64,000 nucleotides of DNA from Eutreptiella sp. 'Long Island Sound 2002' (taxonomy: Eukaryota; Protista; Euglenida): NCBI GenBank assembly GCA_964036045.1, contig OZ038379.1, positions 21,266,001-21,330,000 of the forward strand, in the 5' to 3' direction. Made by a program: the position numbers and the translations under genes. Every line of letters begins with the position of its first letter. Position 1 is the first letter of the stretch. Below the pieces are notes generated by a model that saw nothing but the letters and a program-made list of their open reading frames with translations, searched no databases and had not been told where the DNA came from. This document shows, piece after piece, positions 51,261 to 61,150 of this stretch.

Positions 51261-51581
51261 ATGTTTTCTCCCGGTGACCATGTACGGTACCACTCACGCA
51301 CACTTGGTGCACATGTGTTGGCCACTGTTGTGGGGGCTTTGCCAAATGGGCCGCAGTTTTGCCACATTCGGTACATACACTCTGGTGGGGTCACTCCGGT
51401 GGATCATGAGAGTGCTCAACTCTCAAGGCTAGAGGTTGTGGCGGTTGAATCACCCAAGTCTCCAGAGTCACCGGATGTTACCCCCATGGCTCCGCAACCC
51501 CAAACACCGGCACAGCCCACACACGTACCCAGAAGTTCTTTACCGTTCCTTTGGATCCTCAATAACATTCGTGTTGGATGA
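51261..51581 (+). CDS. Small Tudor-like ORF in repeat R, copy 3
   Basis: Paralogue of 27638-27958. Confidence 0.4.
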   Translation: MFSPGDHVRYHSRTLGAHVLATVVGALPNGPQFCHIRYIHSGGVTPVDHESAQLSRLEVVAVESPKSPESPDVTPMAPQPQTPAQPTHVPRSSLPFLWILNNIRVG

Positions 51582-52779
51582 AGCACATTGGCATCAACGC
51601 GAAAGTCGCTTCACACGTGTTCTCTTTGCTTGCATCAGTGGAGGGTATCACAGTTTGCCTTGAAATACCCTTGCAATCCCCCCCCCCCCGGGAGACCGTC
51701 ACTTGGCGACCGTCTTCCCCCCTCCCCCCACCCGGGAGACCGCCGCGCGCTAACCCGGGAGTTTGCAAGGGGGGCGGGGGGTACAAGGTGCCTCCAAAGA
51801 AGGTTTGCGGTCTAGTGCAGTCTACTTGGGGGACCTCCCAAGGTGAGGATAAACTTGGGGCTAGAGATAAGATATTTAATACAAAGGTAGCACACCGGGC
51901 AAACATTCCCGCCTGTTCTCAGAGAAATTGGCCAAGTTGTTTGCAAGTTTCAAACCACAGTACCAAAGTGGAAACCCTTGGAGAGCTCTCATCCTGGCCT
52001 GCAGAAATGTTCTCAGATTCCACAAGGCGCATTGGACAACCTGGTTGCCCTTGAAAGGCACGCGCAGACACATCTGGCACACGTGGCTCTGGGGCAACGT
52101 GACCGGAGCTACATTGTGGGAGCATTCGCAGGATTCGCGCCTTCGTTGTCACGGTGACCGGTGCTGTGAGGAGCTCTGTCATCTGTTTGGCTGGATCCTT
52201 GGTCTGTGGTACAGGTGCTGGCCGCTGTTTGCGCTTCACCTGGCGGTAATAAACCTGCTCACCCAAATTCTTTTTAGTGGGGGTGGATTGTCCGGCAGCA
52301 GAGCTTTCCGTACCATGGGCTGACTGACGTGGATGCGGAGATCATCTCTCCGGGCACGCATGGTGGTATGGGCAGTTCGCTGCCCATGGCCTTGACTCCC
52401 AGCAGCATGTGGTACTGGAACCATGTCACCTAATACCGGATGTTTTTCTTGGCGTTTATAGGGAGTGTGGCGATGAATGTGTGAGGAATCCGGGGGCATG
52501 ACACATGCTTCATGTTATCGGCTGTTTGCTGTAAGTAACCACTCATGGGCGTGTTGGTGCCACTCCCCCAAGGAGTGGGTCCACAGGTTAATGAAGGCGG
52601 GGTGCCACTTGGGACATGTGATAAGGAGTTGTTGTGCAGTGGTGCCGTGGTGTTGCCCGCAAAGCTTGCTTGCTGGGGTATGCTGTTCCCACGGTGCACC
52701 GTAGGCTTCCCATCTTAGATAGGCAGCAATTGCTGGACCTCCTGTATGCGGCCGATATCCCCCCCCCCCCTGCGCCCGG

Positions 52780-52864
52780 CAAGGCAAAACACTGAGCTGC
52801 ACGGTGATGACCATGCGCCTATGACACGGGGGCGTATGCGAGCCCACTATCCGTTGCCTCATGG
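52780..52864. other. 85-bp segment between 12-bp direct repeats, present only in R copy 3
   Basis: CCCTGCGCCCGG at 52768-52779 and 52865-52876. The segment is absent from copies 1 and 2 at the homologous site. Confidence 0.8.
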
Positions 52865-54145
52865 CCCTGCGCCCGGTCCTTCTATTGGAACATTGCAATG
52901 AACTGGCGAACCTGTTAAACACCTACCAGTTGGCTAGCTGCTCATGTACAAGAACAATGACATGTCCTCACACACTGAAGGGCACGGATGTACCTGCACC
53001 TACGTCACGTGCGGGAACAATTTGGCGAACCACACACATGAATCTGGTGGCGGCCCAGGAATCACACGGAGAATGGCAAGACATTAGGTGGGGGAGGCTT
53101 TCAACGCCAACCAACAATTTTTCATGTGCTTGGCCACGGCCATACACCATCACACCTCACACACTCTACACACAACTTACCACACACGGGTCCTGCGCAC
53201 TTACAGACATGCATACATGCATGCCATCAACAGCTTTGCCACGTTTCTGCTCGGCCGCCACTAGCAGCAAATTTTCACCAAATACTAGAGATTCGGGTGC
53301 CGCTTCCGACGCTCGTGATACCCCGGCCTGCTACCATTCATGTGTGACGATGATCAAACTCAAGGGTTGGGCCTATGGCCCCCTCTCAACCAAATATCTT
53401 GCGTTCGGGATTTGGGGGAGTATCAGGAATACGTTGGTTCACCAGTTTCCAGTAAGAGATATGGACGGTCTAGTATTATGCGCTGTGGAGCGGCATCGTC
53501 GTTGTCGGGGGTTCGAACCCTGTTTCCCCCACCCGTCCAGGCTCCTGCTGGCGATGCCCCCGCCACAGCCCCCTTCAGCAGCCCGCTCCACCACTGGTAC
53601 CGCCGGTGGATGGGTGGTGTGTCTCGTCGTCATAAGTTTTCTCCCATGCAACACACCGCACCACAAAATGCCACAACACCACACGTGTAGCAGTGCGCCC
53701 CGCCACCGGCGCGGCCAACCGACAACTGGCGCATCTCGTCGTATTCTTCTTCTGCTTCAGCGGAGTTCAACCGGCAACTTCGATGCTGCCGCCGGTAGCA
53801 CTATCTCTGCACTGAGGCTGCCAACAAGTACATTTCTAGACACCAATACCTACGGTTGTTGTAGGCAGACAGTGCAGGTCCTTTCTGACTCTCTTTCAGC
53901 AACCCCGAATTGGATCACATGTTAGTACAGTTAGTAAGGGATCAGGAATGTGAAGGCACAGCCAGGACGGAATGGGGAGGGCTGTTGTAGGAGGTGCAGG
54001 GGGCAATGAAGACCAGCAGCCCAATTTCTGATAGAGCAGAGACGCAATTTTGTGGAGGGGGGCGGGGGGGGGGGCTCAAATCGTGCGAACGCACCACCTC
54101 AACGCCGCGCCCTTGGCTTTAGGCGCATGGTCTGCCGCTGCAGAC

Positions 54146-57100
54146 ATGGGCCTGACAAGGCGCCTCATGGTGTTGATTGCCGCCGTTGGCCTTTTCTCAC
54201 TGCTGCGGACGATGACACTCACAAAGGAGACGCAGGTTTGTCAGGGTTTGAGGTTTCTCCGTGGGCCTGTGGATTGCTGAACGCACTCCGGGCATGGTGC
54301 AGGATTGAGTCAGGCAATGGATGACGGTTCCAGGTCTTGGAAATAAGCAAGCAGACGAAACGTGGTACGATCGGGGGGGGACGCCCATCCCCAACCCCCG
54401 CCCCCCAGTGGCACTGTCGTGCCATGTCGTGCATGCGTGCGTGTAATGAAGTGGGCCTGCACGGGCACCGGGTGCTGTTCTGTGTGGTGAGCATTGTATG
54501 AATGAACACTGGTGCCTGTGTGAGTGTACCTTACCCCCCCCCTTGCAATCCCCCCCTCTTGGGGGGGAACGGTCACTTGGCCCAAAAAGCATAGAAAATA
54601 CTAGGCGCCACAGGCGCCAAAGAAAATTTTTACAAGGCGCCGAACGTGCCGAAGCTGATTTACACTGTGATACTATGGTGCAGTTTGGTAGTGCAATCCC
54701 CCCCCCCCCCCCCGTGGGGGGGAACCGTCACGACATTGGTGGGGAGATTACAAGGGGGGGGGGGGGTAAGGTAGGTGGGCATACGTAGTACCCGGGCTCC
54801 CGGGGAAGCAGTATTGGCCCTGTCAATCATGCCGGTGTCATGCTGGTGTCGATGATGTTGGCCATGGCCGACTGCTGATTCTGGTGCCCCTGGACCCGGG
54901 GCTCGATGTGCTGGCCTGACACCCACAAGGTGCACTGTCAGCATGTGTCCTCAGTGCATAAGGCTTTGCACCATGCACACGACGTGTCGAACGCTCCAGC
55001 ACTTTGCAGGAACACTAATTCGTGCCGCTCCACAGTCCTCCAAAAACAGCAAACCACATTGTGTTTAGACCGCCTAATACAGAGGTGAGGGTTCCTGCCA
55101 TGATGATGGTGACTCTTCGACGGTGGCGAACAGCTCGTGCAGCGTGGATTCGCTGGTGCATCCCCTACAAACGTGATCTTCTGTTGCAGGACGTCAGCAC
55201 ATCAACGCAGCAGAATGCGGTCATTTCAGACGCTGTGGCTGCACTTGACAGAGAGCAACAGGACCTTCACAAGCAGCTTACGGCGATGTTGGGGCGTGTT
55301 ACAGAAATGCAGGCACAAGTTGAGGTATTGACCACCGGGGAGTGTGGTCGGGGGTCGAAGAGGGTTGTAGAGCGCTGATGAAGGTGTGGGAAGGTGGAGA
55401 ATGTTGATGAGGATTGCAGAGCGTTGTAGAGCGTTGGTGAGAGTGGCAGTGAGCAGTGGGTAGGGGGATGCCACTGGTGGTGGTGGACTCCTTTTGATGT
55501 GGAACCCTGCTGAATGGTCGTGGGGGGTAGGTAATCGCTCTGAAGAAGTGTTCTGGGACCTTCACTGCACGTGGTCAAGTCTGTCCTTGGTGGTTGCCAG
55601 TTGGGGAGGCAAGGTCACCGGAGAGATCTCGACAAAACAAGGTCTTGTTGTGATGGTGCCCTCGCCCCCCTGTGTCAAGCCCCCCCCCCCCCCCCCCCAA
55701 AAGGGGGGGGGGCGTCACCCACTCGTTCCCAAAAAAAACCGCATTAGTGTCATATTGCACTGGACCGAAACTGTGAGACCTCGTTGTCAGAGCTCATGTG
55801 CACCTCCTTTGTTCTGACCCATTGCACTCCTCAGACCTCTGAAAATGTTCCCTCAAGGCACTGTTGTGCTCTATGTCTGTTCTACAAAGGAGCCTGTGCT
55901 GGCTGTTGTGCTGATGAATGGATGCAGTGCATTGTGAATTTTGCTTATTTGCATCATGTGCCTCACACCATCAGCATCCATGCATGTCAGGGTGTATCCA
56001 GAGGCCTTGAGCAACCTGCAGCAAGCAACTGACCGGCCATGAATTCTGCATAGTATGCGCCGGTAAGTAGTTGGTCTGCAGTGGTGTCCATCCCCCCCAG
56101 GGGGGGGGGGTCATTTGGCTACAATCCCCCCCGGGCTGGGGGGAGAACCTTCGTCCCTGGGGGGGGGGGGGGCTGGACATGGTGGAGCAAGGGTATTCGA
56201 TGCAGTGGAGGATTCAGAGTCAACCAGGCAGTGGGAACTATGTGCATTGTACACTGAAGAGGTGGGTGAGTGATGTGAGAGGAAGGAGGAGAGAGAGATC
56301 AGACAGACAGTCAGGAGAGGTACAAAGCAATGCAGATGTACTGGCGATTCCGCCGGCACAGGTGGAATAAGTTGTATGTTGTCAACAGAGCACGGGAAGG
56401 AGGGGCACACGTGAAAGCGCTGGATGGGACTTCTGGCAGCCTGGGCAGCCTGCGAAATACGCACATCCAGCTGCGGGTCAGGGGGAGTGGGAGGTAGTCG
56501 AAGGAAGCTGGGTCCCGGTATCCTCTGGGGGGGTGCTTTCCAAGAGTTTTCACACGATTTTGAAGTTTCCTGTTTCTGCAGACTCGCCCGCCCGGGGCCC
56601 ATCCTCAGAGGTGAAGAACGCATTTGAAAAAGGGGCCGTTGAGGGTCGGGCCATCAACAACGATCTGTTCCATTTGTATGTGGGTGTCGGAGCAGGCGGT
56701 TATGGGGGCAGATTTGGCGATACTGCAAGACCGACCTCAACAAGGAGCACCGTGCCATGGTAGCTCTTTTTCGAGCTGGAAAATCATGGGGTCACCCCGC
56801 GCCCTCGGAGCCTGTTTCATGGAAGGGAGGTGCCAGAAACGGGGGGCTTCAAGGCCCAGCCCCACTGTACTAGTCATACTCACCGGGCTTTGTGGCGAAT
56901 CCGGGGCCCTCTGAGGGCCAGAGGTCTGGATCCCACGGTAATCTCGCCCTTGACCTTCGACTTCCCAAGACCTCCCAACTCCTCACTGCCTGTCTTCACT
57001 CTTCCAGCGGCTGATAAGTGCAGCAGCAGAGAGACCCCCACCACCCGTGCGCACACTGCGACCACCGGCAGCTGCCATCCAGATAGCGGAGAGCAAAGAC

Positions 57101-60100
57101 GACAGAGAAGACAGAGAAGACAAAGGAGGGCAGGAGGACAGAGAGTCCAAAGAAGTCAAGGAGGTCAAGGACGACGCACCAGCCGGTGATCCTCAGGGAT
57201 CAGCCTCGGATGCCAAAGGGTCGGACCCTGAGGAGCAGGTTCCCTTTCGTCTTGCCCGCATTGACGGACTGTGTCGCTTAGCCAGTGCCGCTTTACATCA
57301 GCGCTACGCGCCGGTGCGAGTCGTTCTGCCTCGTCCCCGTTCAGTTGAGTTGGGGTTGAGGGTGCGGTTGGTCAGTGAAGTGACGTGACGAAAAGCGCGG
57401 ATGTACGTTTTCCTGCGCTCTTCTCTCCCCGGCCTGCCGGTCCCCCTGTCTCTGCCTGCCTGCCTGCCTGCCTCTTTGCCTGCCTGTGTGTCTCTTTGCC
57501 TGCCCGCCCGGTGTGTCTGTCTGCTTGTGTCATGTGGACGCGCAGGTCGACGCTGTGGATGACGCGCTGCAGCCGATGGTCCCTGCAGATGCTGTGGTGG
57601 AAAGGTTTGGACCGCCCCGCATATCGCCAGCGTCACCCCAACCTCCCTGAGTGGATGGACTTGGGTAGGGGGGCCCCCCACCACTGCCGGATGGATGGAG
57701 GGGGGGGTGGGGGCATGGCTGTCGTACTGGAGGCATGCGGAGGTTCGAGTGCCCCGAAGACAGGGCTGTCCTTTCGGAACGAGGGGTTTCTTTTGTTTTC
57801 TTTTTCCTCGAAGAACGGCCCAGATGTGATTGGGGGCGGAATGGGACTGACGGCGGCTGACACCCAAATGACGGCGGTTTGCGCTTGGCCGATGCCGATG
57901 ACGGACCGCAGTTACTCGCCGACTGGCGCTCTGCGGGGGGTCCGAGTGTACCGGGGGCCGGCGGTTTTTGGTTTTTTTCGTTTTGAATCGTAGGGACGGC
58001 CCTGCCCGAAGATGGGGCCAGTGACCGCCGGCGGCCAACTGCCGGTCTTTACTTTACGGCGCTGTACTGCCGGCGGTTGCCGGCCAAGTTCCTCCTGTTT
58101 GACAGATCCATGTCAATTGGGGGGGGGGGGATCAATGGCATTGAAACCCCCCGGTACAGGCCTTCAACACGGCATTTGTGTGGGCGCAGTCACGGATACT
58201 CTCTGCTCAGCTTTAAGCAACCGACCGCGGGTGAAGGTTCATATGTCTTCGCTTATGAACTTCGGGTGGATGCATTACCCCACAGCGGTGTGCGCTGGTG
58301 TTGAGTGGGCCGTACATCAACGAGATTGTTTTTTTCATTTTCTTATTTCAGGACTGCCTTGCGTCCGACACCCGCGGCACACAGCACCGCCCGAGCATTG
58401 GCCGTCTACCGCCCGGGGGCACGCCTCCCCGACAAGACAACCCTGCGCCCCCCTCCCCTGCAGAGTTTTGCTTAACAACTCAGCATCTCCTGGGGGGAGG
58501 GGGTCTGACAGCCCCCCCCCTTTAAGGCAAAATTTTTCTCCGGGTCTTCGGCCAATCAAAATTTTTCTCTGGCGCCTTCGGCGCAAGTCAGTTTAGGCCA
58601 AAAACTTCTTCGGCCCCTTTGGCGCCTCTAGCAACTCAGGGTCTCCCGGGGGGTTGGGTTGGGTTGGGTCTCGGCTTGGGCCGAAGGCGGTGTCCCACAG
58701 CCAGTGTGTCCTTACCTCACCGGCTCAACTGGGCACCCTCCTCCGGTTGTCTGGTCTCACAGCCGCCCAGACTGCTGACAGTCCCCGAACCTCACCAAGG
58801 CGCTGGTGCGAGGGAGACACCGCCATGCCTGTGTGTGGGTCGCGGGCGCCCCGGGGCCTTCGGGGTGGGGGGGTTCAGGGCACTGGTTTGCACACCTTTC
58901 GTCTCCATCAGGCTGCGATTCTCCTGTTGGCGTGTAACGGGGGGGATGTGTGTGCCCGGTGCTCCGGGCCCCAGCAGCGGGGCAGGGGAGCCCTACACTA
59001 AGGCCGCTGGGGGAGTCTGTGGGTCAGGTGATGTGCGGCTTCCTCCAGCCCACAACTGAACCCCAGAGGGGTGCACGGGGCGTAGCCTGGACTCATGGTC
59101 TGTGGCGCTCTTTGACTGACCCAGTGCAGAGCACCAGGGCACAGGTGGCGCTGCAACAAGTGCTAGACCAGTGTCCCAGTGGGTGGAAGGTCCTGGGGCG
59201 TGCTGAGCACTTCCCTATCCCAGGAGCACTCAAGGGAGCGGAGCCCCCAGGCGAGCCCGCCTCGCCTTGGTCACCGCGGATGAGAAGGGGCCCTGAGGGC
59301 TACACCACTCGCCAACCCCTCCTGGTCTCCGGGGGAGGCCCCCCCCCCTCTTGGACCCCCTGTGTGACACTCCGTCTGGTTGTTGCTCCTTTACGGGGCC
59401 GTGGACAGTCACCCGTTCTTCCCTTCGCATGTTGCGTCGGGTTGCTGCTTTCTGTCGGCCGCTGCGGCCGGTGCTCTTGCTGGTGTTGTTTCCGCGTTCG
59501 CGGAGCCCAGTAGTTGGTGTGCTGGGGCTGTGCTGAATGTGGCATGGTGTGCCGTTTGCGTGTCAGCGGCGCCCAATCATTGGCGTATTGAGGATGTGCT
59601 GGTTGCTGCCGGGGTCGTTTGCCTGTTTTTGCTGTCCACGCGCCTCTGTTCACAGGCCGTCCATAGCCTGCCTCGCTATGTTTCTGTGTGCGTGAGGCCC
59701 AGGTGCCCTATTCCTCCACGTGCTGTCCCGGCCATCCACCATATGTCCTTTTCCCCCTCACAGCAGGTCTACCCCTGATGAGCTCCCGCTCCTGTTGCGC
59801 AAATAGCCCATCTGGGCTGCGGTTCCCACAAATGTTGGCCATGGCCCTATCAGGACTCTTTTCTTGAGCCTGATTTTGTTTCTACTGCCCGACCCCAATT
59901 ATATTTTATTAAGTTGGCCGAGTGCCAACTAATTGGTGTGCATGATGGTTTGGCCTGGGTGGGGCGCCACTAACACAAGTGGCCGAGAATCGACTTGGGG
60001 GCCTTGTGCCCTTAAACAAAAGTACCACCTACCATCGAAGTGTTGACTACCTTGTTTCAAACGGCAGCCGGGGGGGGGGGGACTTAGTAGACCGAGGTAA

Positions 60101-61150
60101 AACTTAGTAAATATAAAATTTTTGTTAAAAAATTTTTTAAAAATTTTTTCTTACTAAGTTTTACCAAATTTTACCACGTGTTACCTCGTCTGGTACTAAG
60201 TTTTACCAAATACCAGGGGGGGGGGGGGTTGCTGGTGGCTCGCTCGGCGTGCGCCCCCCCCTTGGACCCTCCCCCCTTAAGCAAAACTCTGCTCCCTTGT
60301 CCTGACCTGCACGGGGCTGTCAGCAGGACAGCCAGCGGGCTGATGAGAGCCTGGGGCCTGTTTCGTGGGGTCGGCAGCCTTCCTCAGCTGCAGCCGATGG
60401 TGCGCTGTTTCGTCTTCCACGTTTCTCCCCTCTTCCCCCAAGGCCTGTGCTGAAAGGAGGGGCTGTTGCCCTCCCTGGGGGGCGATCGTCCCTTCCGCTA
60501 CATTCCGCTGCCGGCCGCCCCTCCAAACGTTTTGCAACCGCTAGGAATGGCTCTGTCCAGTCTTTTGTCCAACACGCAGCCGGTTGGTGCTTGGTTTTGA
60601 GACCCCACCCCCGCCCAGCCCACAGGCATTCGTGCCATGCAAGCACAGCCCCCCCCCCAGGCACAGAGCAAACCCGCATGGAGCACCGCATGTACGCCAC
60701 GACCGGTCTCGGCACATACCCAACGCGTGACCCAGCGTTAAAGCCCTGAACCAGAAGGCCCCTTGTCTCTTGCCCCAGTCAGGGAGGGTCGGGAGAAGCA
60801 CAATGTGCCAGCGGACAATCAATGGCAAGTCGAACACCCAATGAAGTGAGAAGACAAGGAAGGCCGTGTGAAGGCAGGCGTGGCTGGAACAAAGTGGCGG
60901 ATCCGCACCTGACCTTTTGAGCCCCCCCCCCCCCTTCCCAGGCGCCTCCCCTCACTTCTCCCTTAGGTCTTGCCTTTCGCTGTGACTCTCTGCAGATCGA
61001 CACATGCAACGCATGTCATCGAGGGCAAGTACCTTCTGTACTCTCCGTACGGTCAGCACAACAATCAGCTGGTCACGATGATGCGGGCCTTGAACATTGC
61101 ACACCGTCTGAACCGGACTCTGATCATACCCCCATTTGCCCGAAAGAAAG
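54146..61150 (+). CDS. GDP-fucose protein O-fucosyltransferase family (O-FucT) type II membrane glycosyltransferase, 5' part; the gene continues downstream
   Basis: In-phase GT-AG exons: 54146-54235 (signal anchor MGLTRRLMVLIAAVGLFSLL), 55190-55324 (coiled coil), 57008-57238 (Pro/charged stem), 57546-57604 (ends phase 2) and 60996-61150 (starts phase 2). The last gives KYLLYSPYGQHNNQLVTMMRALNIAHRLNRTLIIPP, the O-FucT N-terminal GxxNQ...LNRTLxxP motif. A later exon at 62401-62528 is plausible but unlinked. Confidence 0.82.
58460..60292. repeat. 16-bp inverted repeat pair 1.8 kb apart inside an O-FucT intron
   Basis: GCAGAGTTTTGCTTAA (58460-58475) and TTAAGCAAAACTCTGC (60277-60292). No clear TSD. 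Confidence 0.5.
60082..60207. repeat. AT-rich nested inverted repeat (hairpin/cruciform) between G-runs
   Basis: GGTAAAACTTAGTAA (60096-60110) pairs with TTACTAAGTTTTACC (60151-60165). A second TACTAAGTTTTACC lies at 60194-60207, and the loop is itself A/T-palindromic. Confidence 0.75.

Larger units (their letters stand above)
49802..53921 (+). repeat. Direct repeat R, copy 3 (most diverged); the array ends here
   Basis: Homology to copies 1 and 2 stops after GGATCACATG at 53921, and unique sequence follows. Confidence 0.92.

Noticed and set aside
26180-53921. Tandem LTR retrotransposon (R as LTR)
   Set aside because: There are no TG...CA termini, PBS/PPT, gag-pol in the core, or TSD around the array.
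56582-56763. Additional O-FucT exon(s) (VKNAFEKGAVEGRAINNDLF)
   Set aside because: Exons 55190-55324 and 57008-57238 already join in frame, and I found no phase-compatible boundaries for this segment.
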